Assembly: GCA_023393235.1 (NCBI GenBank)
Contig: JAEWMH010000080.1
Span: forward strand, 5,157-69,156
Source: Bacillota bacterium
GTDB taxonomy: Bacteria; Bacillota; Bacilli; Paenibacillales; NBRC-103111
Length of the DNA: 64,000 nucleotides
Reading direction: 5' to 3'
Of the stretch, positions 54,362 through 62,741 are shown in pieces. Numbering within the stretch: the first letter of the stretch is position 1; each line of letters begins with the position of its first letter. Both the position numbers and the translations under genes were made by a program. The notes below the pieces were generated by a model. The model was given only the letters and a program-made list of their open reading frames with translations. It did no database searches and was not told where the DNA came from.

Positions 54362-54817
54362 ATGCCAAACTCTGCCAACCTAAACGGCATCCTCCGCCCC
54401 ATTCCACAAATCGGGCTTTCCGAACCCTGTGCCCAGGCCGAAGCGCTGATGTTCCGCTACCCCGACGCCGGCTGCCTGGCCGTAGTGGACCGGGTAGGAC
54501 GCCCGGCCGGAGTGATTGTGTATAGCCGCTTCTTCCATCTGCTGACCGCCAGCCGCAATATGGCCTATCTGCTCCGCCAACCCGTCCACAGCATGATGTC
54601 CGCCCCTTCCCTGGTAACCGAGCTTCACGCTGATCCCGAAGAAGTGCTGCAGCAGGCGGAACGCCGCCACAAAGTCCAACGCCGGGACCCGGTGCTGGTG
54701 ATGGAAGGCGAGCGGATTGCCGGCGCCCTGCATATCAACGACCTGGAGCTCCTTCAAACCACCCCCTCCCCTTCCCCCACAAGAGATCAGGAACAGACAA
54801 TAGGCCTCTCCCGCTGA
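54362..54817 (+). CDS. hypothetical protein, possibly a single CBS-like module
   Basis: 151-aa ORF behind AAAGGAGA. Weak CBS-like pattern (CLAVVDRVGRPAGVI ... VLVMEGERIAGALHINDL). Confidence 0.5.
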   Translation: MPNSANLNGILRPIPQIGLSEPCAQAEALMFRYPDAGCLAVVDRVGRPAGVIVYSRFFHLLTASRNMAYLLRQPVHSMMSAPSLVTELHADPEEVLQQAERRHKVQRRDPVLVMEGERIAGALHINDLELLQTTPSPSPTRDQEQTIGLSR

Positions 54818-54926
54818 CAAGACCGCTGCCGCCGCAACGGTCTTTTGTTTTCCCAAAATCCGCATCCCTTCAAATAATACAGGCCGGCGGCGCATATGCT
54901 GGTTATAGAAAGGCGGTGAGACGAAG

Positions 54927-55691
54927 ATGCATAAAGCTTCCTTCACGCCGGAGCGGATCAAGGTGGTTTTCTTTGATGTGAACGAAACGCTGCTGGACCC
55001 GGCCAATTCCTTCAAGCAGGCGTTCCGGAGCGTATGGGAGGATTTTTCGGGAAGACTGTCCCGTGGGGAGGATAAGGCGGATTGGCAGGACATCTGGACC
55101 AGCTTTCAGGCGGAGCAAAAAGCGCTGCGTCCTCCCGGCGGCCGGCGGGATTTCTGGAGCGAGCAGGTGAAGCGCAATCCGGCGGCTTTGGCTGCTGCCC
55201 TCAAAAAACACGGACTTAGCCTCGGAGACACGGCGCTGGAGGGGTTTTTCGGCAAGGTGGCGGAAGCCCAGGAGCGGTCTCCGGTATTGTTCCCCGGTAC
55301 GGACAAGGCCTTGTCTGCCCTGTCCCAGAAGTACCGGCTGGGTGTCATCTCCAACGGAATCCAGACCAAACAGACCGCACGTCTCCGGGCGGCCGGCCAG
55401 CTCCCTCCCATCCGGGAGGAGAATATGTTTTTCTCCGGCGCCTTGGGCAGCCGCAAGCCCGATCCCCTCATCTTCCGTCACGCGCTGGAGCGGATGGGCG
55501 TCCGTCCCAACCAGGCGGTGATGGTGGGCAATTCCTGGACCAAGGATGTGCTGGGTGCGGTGCATGTCCATATGAATGCCGTCTGGTTCCGCTCCGGACG
55601 CAAGCAGAAGCATTTCCGCCGCAAGGTAGGCAATACCAGAATTGACGTCGTGGAAAATATGGAAGAACTCCTGGCGTTATTCGAGCTGTAA
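54927..55691 (+). CDS. HAD-superfamily hydrolase
   Basis: Motif I VFFDVNETLLD (DxN variant), motif II ISNG, motif IV MVGNSWTKDV. Confidence 0.8.
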   Translation: MHKASFTPERIKVVFFDVNETLLDPANSFKQAFRSVWEDFSGRLSRGEDKADWQDIWTSFQAEQKALRPPGGRRDFWSEQVKRNPAALAAALKKHGLSLGDTALEGFFGKVAEAQERSPVLFPGTDKALSALSQKYRLGVISNGIQTKQTARLRAAGQLPPIREENMFFSGALGSRKPDPLIFRHALERMGVRPNQAVMVGNSWTKDVLGAVHVHMNAVWFRSGRKQKHFRRKVGNTRIDVVENMEELLALFEL

Positions 55692-55705
55692 CGGAGCAAA
55701 GCCGG

Positions 55706-57913
55706 CTACAGATAAGCCTTTACGTAGAGGCTGCCCGCAGTGGACTTGGCCTTCTTCTTCAAGGCGGCAGCCGTTTCGGAAATTTGGTCCAGGGTGATCC
55801 GTTCCCTGAACTCACAAATCAATAAAGACAGCGACAAATGCAAGCCGCCTCCCTCAACAGGGCGGTTGTTCCGGTCGGTTACCGTCCCCCATTCACCCAC
55901 ATCCTCCATCAGCAGCTCCACTCCCAGCTTGAAGCGGCGGATAATCTCCTCGCACAGCTGCTCCGGTTCCCGGGTTTGCGACAAAACGATAAAATCATCC
56001 CCGCCGATGTGTCCGACGAAATCCCGGGGATGCCCGCATGCGGAAACGGATTGCTGCAGCACATCCGCCGTCAGCTGGATCATCTCGTCCCCTTTTTGAA
56101 AGCCGAACCGGTCATTGTACCACTTGAAATGATCCAAATCCGCATACACCACTACGAACTTCGAGCTGTCCAGAATCCGCCGGTTCAGCTCGCGGCTGAT
56201 TTGGGTATTGCCGGGAAGGCCGGTCAACGGATTAGCTACCCGTGCATTCTCCATCCGCTCGTTGGTGATGCTCTCCAGAATGGAGCGGATGGAGGCTACC
56301 CCCAGGAGCTTCTCCCCCGTAGTAATAATCACCAGGTCATACAGGCGCTTCATCTCCCGGGCCATGGCCATCTGGGAAGCGGACTCCACCGGCAGCATCT
56401 CGTCCACAATCAATGCCGCACGGTCCATCAGCTGGCTGATGGGCCTGCTCCAGTATAGAGAGACCCCGTACCTGCCGGCAAGCTGCTGGAAAAGCCGCTC
56501 CCGCATGACAAGCCCTACCGGCCGTCCCTTGTCCAAAATGACGGTTCCCTGCACATGCTCGTTGTGGTTGAAATAATCCGCGATGACGGAAATAGGCGTA
56601 CCGCTTTCGTAGCTGCTTGCCGGTGAAGCCAATGATCCGATCTGCATGACCCGGTCCTGGCCCTGGAGATAGCTGATCCGCTTCACCTTGGAGACGATCT
56701 CCTCCGGCAGCTGCACCTGTCCCGGGCGCGGGTATCCCAACAGATAACCTTGCCCGTAATGGACACCCAGCTGGCGCAGCTTCTGCAGCTCCTCCCAGCA
56801 CTCAATCCCCTCCGCAATAATCCGGATGCTCATCTTCCGCGCGAAGGAGACGAAGATCTCCAGCAGCGTTTCCTTCATTTTGTCCAGATGGATATTCTCA
56901 ATCAGCGACCGGTCCACCTTAATAAAATCCGGCTTCAGCTCCGCAATGGCCTGCAGGGAGGAATAACCTGCCCCTGCGTCGTCGATGGCAATCTGATAGC
57001 CTTGATTGCGGTAATGCTCCAAGAGCAGCTTCGCCGTGTCGAAATCCTCAATCGAGCTGCGCTCTGTCAGCTCCAGCACCACATTGCGGGGCTGGATGCC
57101 GCAGCGGCGGAGAATCTCCAGCGTGGCCCCCGGAGCAAATTGCGGGTCATGAATCACCTGGGCGGGAATGTTGATAAATACCCGCTGGTCCTTGCCCAGC
57201 CCGGCGCAGCCCTCAATGGCTTTTTCCCGGGCCAGCCGGTCCAGGGCATACAGCTCGCCGCGGACTTCGGCGAAGCCGAACAGCTCCAACGGGGAGTAGA
57301 AGATGCTCTCCTCCGGTCCCCGGGTTAAAGCCTCATAACCTAATACGGCGGCATCCTGCAGCGACACAATCGGCTGGTAGACGGAGCGGATGCTGCGTGT
57401 GGCCAGAATGCTGCGGAACGCCTCATCCTTCTCCTGGTCAAAAGGCGCGGGAAAAGGCGGATGCATATTCCGCATCGCCCGTTTCAATGCCGATATCAGA
57501 CGTGCCTCCCCTGTCTCAAGCTCACCCGGAGCAATTAGGGAGCAGCCTGTATATAAGGGATACCCCCGTTCATTCTGATTGCCGTTAAACATAACCGTCA
57601 GCCGGGCATTGACATTCTCGGCCAGCCGCTTCAGCCTGTATCCGGCGGAGGCAGGCTCCTGCTCATCCAACTCGGCATAAATAAGCCAATCATCGCCCAT
57701 CCGGCGGAACTGGCGGATCTCCGGCCATTCCCCCTGCAGTCCCCGGAGCACATCCCCTGCTTCCTTTATCATCCGTCCGCATGTTTCCGGGCCGAGGATC
57801 CGGACAAGCCCTGCGTGTTCCACTACATCCACATAGATCAGACCCGCCGGCTTTTTGCTGTCCGGCTTGAATATATCCCCTGACCATTCTCTAAGCTTCT
57901 TCAGCTCCATCAT
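55706..57913 (-). CDS. c-di-GMP signalling protein: degenerate GGDEF-like N-domain, EAL, CBS pair, C-terminal GGDEF (GGDDF)
   Basis: EAL signature GYEALTRG, ELTERS, IAIDDAGAGYSSL, IKVDRSL, IAEGIE. C-terminal GHIGGDDFIVL. N-terminal RRMGDDWLIY. Confidence 0.85.
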   Translation of the reverse strand: MMELKKLREWSGDIFKPDSKKPAGLIYVDVVEHAGLVRILGPETCGRMIKEAGDVLRGLQGEWPEIRQFRRMGDDWLIYAELDEQEPASAGYRLKRLAENVNARLTVMFNGNQNERGYPLYTGCSLIAPGELETGEARLISALKRAMRNMHPPFPAPFDQEKDEAFRSILATRSIRSVYQPIVSLQDAAVLGYEALTRGPEESIFYSPLELFGFAEVRGELYALDRLAREKAIEGCAGLGKDQRVFINIPAQVIHDPQFAPGATLEILRRCGIQPRNVVLELTERSSIEDFDTAKLLLEHYRNQGYQIAIDDAGAGYSSLQAIAELKPDFIKVDRSLIENIHLDKMKETLLEIFVSFARKMSIRIIAEGIECWEELQKLRQLGVHYGQGYLLGYPRPGQVQLPEEIVSKVKRISYLQGQDRVMQIGSLASPASSYESGTPISVIADYFNHNEHVQGTVILDKGRPVGLVMRERLFQQLAGRYGVSLYWSRPISQLMDRAALIVDEMLPVESASQMAMAREMKRLYDLVIITTGEKLLGVASIRSILESITNERMENARVANPLTGLPGNTQISRELNRRILDSSKFVVVYADLDHFKWYNDRFGFQKGDEMIQLTADVLQQSVSACGHPRDFVGHIGGDDFIVLSQTREPEQLCEEIIRRFKLGVELLMEDVGEWGTVTDRNNRPVEGGGLHLSLSLLICEFRERITLDQISETAAALKKKAKSTAGSLYVKAYL

Positions 57914-57934
57914 GCGGCTTTCCCCCGATTATGT

Positions 57935-57994
57935 AAAAAAACCTTTTCCGCACCATCGTAACATCGAAAGATGTCGGATAGATTAGGAAAAGGT
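57935..57994 (-). terminator. candidate terminator after phoU
   Basis: ACCTTTTCC ... GGAAAAGGT with a long structured loop, followed by T7 on the minus strand. Confidence 0.5.
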
Positions 57995-58020
57995 CAAATT
58001 CATGTAAATTCTTGCTATTG

Positions 58021-58680
58021 CTACTTGTTCAGATCCTTCCGTTTGCCGGTCACCATAAAGATGACACCCTCAGCAATATTGGTGGCATGGTCCGCCACCC
58101 GCTCCAGATAGTGGGCGGCCATCATCAGCTGCATCAGCTGCTTATTGCGGACGGTATCATTGCTCATCATAGGCATGACTTCGTTCAGCACCGTGCTGTA
58201 GATTCTGTCCACCTCGTCATCCAGCTCGGCCATATATGCCGCGCGGTTGACGTTGCCTTCCGTGTAAGCCAGAAGGCTCTCCTGCAGCATCTTGATGCAC
58301 AGGTCTGCCATCCGGGGCAAATCCACAATGGGCTTGATCAGCTCTTCCCCGGTCAGACGACGGGTAATCTTGGCGATATCCACCGCATGATCGGCGATCC
58401 GCTCCAAATCCACTGCAAGCTTCCCGGCCATGGTGATGATCCGCAGGTCACCGGCCATGGGCTGCTGCAGGGCAACCAAACGCAGGCAGCGGTCTTCGAT
58501 ATCCAGCATCATTTGATCCAAGGCATCATCCTCATCGATGATGCTTTGGGCCAGGGCACCATCCAAATTCTTCAAGGAATCCACTGCTCTGTAAATTTGC
58601 TTCTCTACTGTTGTTCCCATATGCATCAGGAGATCTTGCATCGCTTTTAAGGACTGATGATAATTCGTTCTGGTATCCAC
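58021..58680 (-). CDS. phoU: phosphate signalling complex protein PhoU
   Basis: Two PhoU repeats (ERIADHAVDIA / ERVADHATNIA). 219 aa, follows pstB. Confidence 0.95.
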   Translation of the reverse strand: MDTRTNYHQSLKAMQDLLMHMGTTVEKQIYRAVDSLKNLDGALAQSIIDEDDALDQMMLDIEDRCLRLVALQQPMAGDLRIITMAGKLAVDLERIADHAVDIAKITRRLTGEELIKPIVDLPRMADLCIKMLQESLLAYTEGNVNRAAYMAELDDEVDRIYSTVLNEVMPMMSNDTVRNKQLMQLMMAAHYLERVADHATNIAEGVIFMVTGKRKDLNK

Positions 58681-58711
58681 CCTGGGTACACCCCTCTTAT
58701 GATCAAAGTTA

Positions 58712-59467
58712 TTAGCCGAAACGGCCTGTAATATAATCCTCTGTGCGTTGATCCCGGGGCGTCGTGAAGATGGTATCCGTATTGTCCGTTTCCACCATGT
58801 AGCCGTTAAGGAAAAACGAAGTGAAGTCCGAAATCCGCGCAGCTTGCTGCATATTATGAGTGACGATGATGATGGTATACCATTCCTTCAGAGATTGGGA
58901 CAGCTCCTCCACCTTCAAGGTGGAGATGGGGTCCAGCGCTGAGGTGGGTTCATCCATCAGGAGCACATCTGGCTCTACCGCCAGCAGTCTCGCAATGCAC
59001 AGCCGCTGCTGCTGTCCGCCGGACAGCCCCAATGCGGACTTGCCCAACCGGTCATGCACCTCATCCCACAATGCCGCCTGCTTGAGGCTTTTTTCCACAA
59101 TCCCATCCAGAATGCTCTTCTTCTTAATGCCGTGAATCCGCGGTCCGTAGGCAATGTTATCATAGATGCTCATGGGGAACGGATTGGGCCGCTGGAACAC
59201 CATTCCTACCTTCTTGCGGAGGCTCACCACATCGGTGCCGGTGCTGTTGATGTTAACACCCTCCACATTCACATCTCCGGTTATCCGGACATTGTCGATC
59301 AGGTCATTCATCCGGTTCAAGGTGCGGAGGAAGGTGGATTTGCCGCAGCCGGACGGGCCGATCAGGGCATGGATGGTGTTTTTCTTGATATCCAGGTTGA
59401 TATCGTGAAGGGCGTGGTTATCACCGTAAAACAGATTCAGGTTGCGTACCGATATTTTAGGCTCCAT
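58712..59467 (-). CDS. pstB: phosphate ABC transporter ATP-binding protein
   Basis: [44 protein letters not shown]. Confidence 0.95.
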   Translation of the reverse strand: MEPKISVRNLNLFYGDNHALHDINLDIKKNTIHALIGPSGCGKSTFLRTLNRMNDLIDNVRITGDVNVEGVNINSTGTDVVSLRKKVGMVFQRPNPFPMSIYDNIAYGPRIHGIKKKSILDGIVEKSLKQAALWDEVHDRLGKSALGLSGGQQQRLCIARLLAVEPDVLLMDEPTSALDPISTLKVEELSQSLKEWYTIIIVTHNMQQAARISDFTSFFLNGYMVETDNTDTIFTTPRDQRTEDYITGRFG

Positions 59468-59473
59468 GGACGG

Positions 59474-60358
59474 TTACTTCCCTCCGTTGAATTTTTTGGA
59501 CAGAATCCGGCTGGGAACGGCGATCAGCAGGTTGAAGAGCAGAACCACCAGGACCAGCAGGGCGCCGCTGCCCTGAGCGATTTGTTTGGCGTCGGGTACC
59601 AGGGACGAAGCCTGCACATACCACAGGTGGACCGAGAGGGTTTCACCCATAGCCGTCAAATCGAAGTCGGGGAAGTGCCGGGATACGGATACGCCCGAGG
59701 TATAGATCAGAATGGCGGACTCCCCCAGCGCCCGGCCGGAAACCAGCGTAATGCCGGTGATCAGCGTAGGCAGAGCGGCGGGCAGCATCACCTTGCGGAT
59801 CGCCTGCCAGCGGGTGGAGCCTAAGGCAAGGGAAGCCTCCCAATAGGAATCGGGCACTGCCCGCAGAGCTTCCTCCGTGTTCCGGACCAGAACCGGCAAG
59901 TTCAAGAGAGCCAAGCTCAAGGCGCCGGCAATAATGGAGAATTTCATCCCCATCCAGTTTACGAAGACCAGGTAACCGAACAGGCCGAATACAATGGACG
60001 GAACGGAGGACAGGGCTTCTACTGAAATCCGGATCAGGTTGGTAAAACGGTTTTTCTTGGCGTAGATAGCCAGGTAAATCCCTGCTCCGAAGCCGATAGG
60101 CAGCGACACTGCCATGGACAGGAACAGAATATAGAAGGAGTTGAACAGCATAGGGCCTACGCCCCCGCCTGCCCGCACCTCACTAGGCTTTCCGAAGATA
60201 AAGCTGGGGGTCAGATGCTTCAGGCCCGGACCCAGAATTTTATACAGGAACCAGCCGAGAATCACAATAATCAGGAAGCCGATTCCCCAAAGAAGGACGG
60301 TAGCCGCCTTGTCGAACATTTTGTTTCGTTGCGCCACTTTGGATGGGGTCGTTATCAT
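59474..60358 (-). CDS. pstA: phosphate ABC transporter permease PstA
   Basis: 294 aa, 6 TM, EASLALGSTRWQAIRKVMLP loop. Confidence 0.92.
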   Translation of the reverse strand: MITTPSKVAQRNKMFDKAATVLLWGIGFLIIVILGWFLYKILGPGLKHLTPSFIFGKPSEVRAGGGVGPMLFNSFYILFLSMAVSLPIGFGAGIYLAIYAKKNRFTNLIRISVEALSSVPSIVFGLFGYLVFVNWMGMKFSIIAGALSLALLNLPVLVRNTEEALRAVPDSYWEASLALGSTRWQAIRKVMLPAALPTLITGITLVSGRALGESAILIYTSGVSVSRHFPDFDLTAMGETLSVHLWYVQASSLVPDAKQIAQGSGALLVLVVLLFNLLIAVPSRILSKKFNGGK

Positions 60359-61332
60359 TTGACTTCACTCCTTTTGGCCAGGACGCGGATGCCGATGATC
60401 AGCGCAAGGGAGATTAATAGCAGCATAAGAGCCATCAGATACAGCGCGTTATTCCAGGCCGTCCCGTAAAAGGTGGAGGGCATGTCCTTCACGATAGCGG
60501 TGGTCAGTACGGTGGTGGAGTCCAAGAGGGATTTCGGCATCTGCGGAGAGTTGCCGATGACCATGAATACAGCCATGGTTTCCCCGATGGCGCGGCCCAT
60601 TCCCAGAATGATGGCCGTAATGACACCAGGGCGGGAAGCAGGCAGCAGCACCTTCCAGATGGTCTGCCAGCGTGTTGCGCCAAGAGCCAGGGAAGCCTCC
60701 TCCAGGCGTACAGGCAAGGAACGGATGGCGTCCTCGGAAATGGACAGGATCGTAGGCATAATCATAACGGCCAGAATGATCGCGGCGGGCAGAATGCCAT
60801 AACCAACGGTACTGGGGAAAAGCTTATGCAGAAACGGCACAATGACGGTCATGCCGATAAAGCCGTACACAACGGAGGGAATCCCCACAAAGAGGTCCGT
60901 TACCGGACGCAGAATTTCCCGCATCCACTGGGGAGCAACCTTGGCCATGAATACCGCGCCGCCCAACGCAATGGGCAAGGACAGCAGCACCGACAGCAGG
61001 GTCAGCACCATGGTGCTGAAGAAGAATGGGAATGCTCCGAACCGGCCTTCGCTGGGTGTCCAGTCCAGGGAGAAGAAAAAGGAGCTGATCGACACCTCCC
61101 GGAAGGTTTGTGTCCCTTGATAACCCACGAAAAAAATCAATGTAAAAATGATAACGGACACGATTGTTGCGCTTAGGATAAACACCCATCTCATGGCTGC
61201 GTCTTCCCCAAGCCGGATTCTGGTCCAGCGTGATACGGGACCAGACTTTCGCTCATTCGTAGCAGGAACTTCCTCCGCCGCGATTGACAAATTAAAAACC
61301 TCCTTCATAACGCCTCTCTCTACTTGCTTCAT
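60355..61332 (-). CDS. pstC: phosphate ABC transporter permease PstC
   Basis: EASLALGATRWQTIWKVLLP loop. Start is 61332 or ATG 61308 (behind GAGAGAGG). Confidence 0.92.
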   Translation of the reverse strand: MKQVERGVMKEVFNLSIAAEEVPATNERKSGPVSRWTRIRLGEDAAMRWVFILSATIVSVIIFTLIFFVGYQGTQTFREVSISSFFFSLDWTPSEGRFGAFPFFFSTMVLTLLSVLLSLPIALGGAVFMAKVAPQWMREILRPVTDLFVGIPSVVYGFIGMTVIVPFLHKLFPSTVGYGILPAAIILAVMIMPTILSISEDAIRSLPVRLEEASLALGATRWQTIWKVLLPASRPGVITAIILGMGRAIGETMAVFMVIGNSPQMPKSLLDSTTVLTTAIVKDMPSTFYGTAWNNALYLMALMLLLISLALIIGIRVLAKRSEVK

Positions 61333-61367
61333 TCTAATTCACCACTGTTATGGAATCATTAATGAAT

Positions 61368-61384
61368 TGTAAACGTGGTGTAAA
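61368..61384 (-). promoter_or_regulatory. Pho-box-like direct repeat TTTACA-ccacg-TTTACA upstream of pstC
   Basis: Two perfect hexamers at 11-bp periodicity on the coding strand, about 35-50 nt upstream of pstC. Confidence 0.45.
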
Positions 61385-61556
61385 CATTTTCGGCGTATTG
61401 GAAGACACAACAAAAGACGGCTTTCGACTATTTTCGTCCGCCGTCCTATGTTGTATTCGCATTCCGGTTCCACTCTCATCCGCAATAAAAGCCCCGCCTT
61501 GCGGCAGAGCTTTTATCATCTTTATCTAGTAGTCTGGATTGAAACGTGTTCCTTCA

Positions 61557-62492
61557 TTATTTCTTAGGGGCAAGGCTTGCAGGCAGGAAGCCCAGTTCTT
61601 CAATCTTGGACTTGGTCTTGCCGGCAGCAGGTTTTTGGTACTCGTCGCCCAGGATGTAATCCAGGAACGCCTTAGTAGCGCCGGTAGGCTCGCCCTTGGT
61701 GTACATATGCTCAATGCCGTACAGCGGGTAGGTGCCGCCCTTAATGGTATCAGCGGAGTAAGCAACGCCATCGAACTTAACAGCCTTCAGGGTGTTGTCA
61801 ATGTAAGGAGTATCGATATAACCAATGGAACCGGTAGTGGAAGCCACGGAAGTCTTCATGGCGCCGGACTCAGCTTGCGTGATGCCGTCCTTGGTGAATT
61901 GGGCAGTGCCCAGTACGATTTGTTGAACCAGCTTACGGGAGCCGGAGGAGTCAGGACGGTGGATCACGGTGATCTTTTGGTCCTTGCCGCCAACATCCTT
62001 CCAGTTGGTGATCTTGCCGGAGAAAATATCAGCAGCTTGTTGCTTAGTCAGGTTATCTACTGTTACATCATTGTTTACGATAATGGCGAAAGGTGCCACA
62101 GCTACAATGTGGTCAACCAGACCCTTGTCCTTATATTCGTCGCCGGCAGCCACGTCGGAGTTACCGATGTTGGAGGTGCCGTCTGCTACGTTCTTCAAGC
62201 CTGTGCCGGAACCGCCGCCGGTTACGTTAATGGTAGCCTTGGAATTCTTGGCCATAAAGTCTTCAGCAGCAGCCTTTACCAGAGGAAGCAATGCGCTGGA
62301 GCCGGAAGCTGTAACGGTGCCTTCCACTGTCGGTGCCTTGGATGCTGCGGGAGATGCTGCAGTGCTCGCCGATGCCGCTGTGCTTGCTGCCGGGCTGCTG
62401 GCAGAATTTTCTTCTTTTTTGCCTCCGCATCCAGCCAAAACCCCCACCATCATCATTGCAGAAAGAATCAGTACCAACCATTTCTTAGACAT
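61557..62492 (-). CDS. pstS: phosphate-binding lipoprotein PstS
   Basis: Lipobox LAGCGG, SGSSALLPL, GGGSGTG motifs. Confidence 0.95.
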   Translation of the reverse strand: MSKKWLVLILSAMMMVGVLAGCGGKKEENSASSPAASTAASASTAASPAASKAPTVEGTVTASGSSALLPLVKAAAEDFMAKNSKATINVTGGGSGTGLKNVADGTSNIGNSDVAAGDEYKDKGLVDHIVAVAPFAIIVNNDVTVDNLTKQQAADIFSGKITNWKDVGGKDQKITVIHRPDSSGSRKLVQQIVLGTAQFTKDGITQAESGAMKTSVASTTGSIGYIDTPYIDNTLKAVKFDGVAYSADTIKGGTYPLYGIEHMYTKGEPTGATKAFLDYILGDEYQKPAAGKTKSKIEELGFLPASLAPKK

Positions 62493-62568
62493 GTTCTCTT
62501 TGTCCTCCTTAGTGTTATCTTTCTGTAACTCATGGTAACAGCGTTTTGTTAAGCTTAAACCCTAGATT

Positions 62569-62595
62569 CGTAAACGGAGTGTAAAAGATTTTAAA
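62569..62595 (-). promoter_or_regulatory. Pho-box-like array TTTAAA-atct-TTTACA-ctccg-TTTACG upstream of pstS
   Basis: Three hexamers at 10-11-bp periodicity on the pstS coding strand, 77-103 nt upstream of the ATG. Confidence 0.5.
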
Positions 62596-62660
62596 CATGC
62601 AATAACATGAATAGGGACGATTTCCCAAGGTTTCGACAACTTTATGACTTTACAATTCCC

Positions 62661-62689
62661 TTACATTTCCGTGACGCTGCGATTATAAA
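62661..62689 (+). promoter_or_regulatory. candidate sigma-A promoter of the MCP gene
   Basis: TTACAT, 17 nt, TATAAA, about 50 nt upstream of ATG 62742. Confidence 0.45.
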
Positions 62690-62741
62690 TCGCCTATATA
62701 GTTGAAGCGTAATTCATTCGAACGTTGGAGGGTGTTTGCAC

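Noticed and set aside
54380-55613. Two roughly 236-aa minus-strand ORFs (54380..55093 and 54903..55613).
   Set aside because: They are antisense to the CBS-like and HAD hydrolase genes. The HAD motifs support the plus-strand reading, and the minus-strand products are Gly/Arg/Leu-rich.
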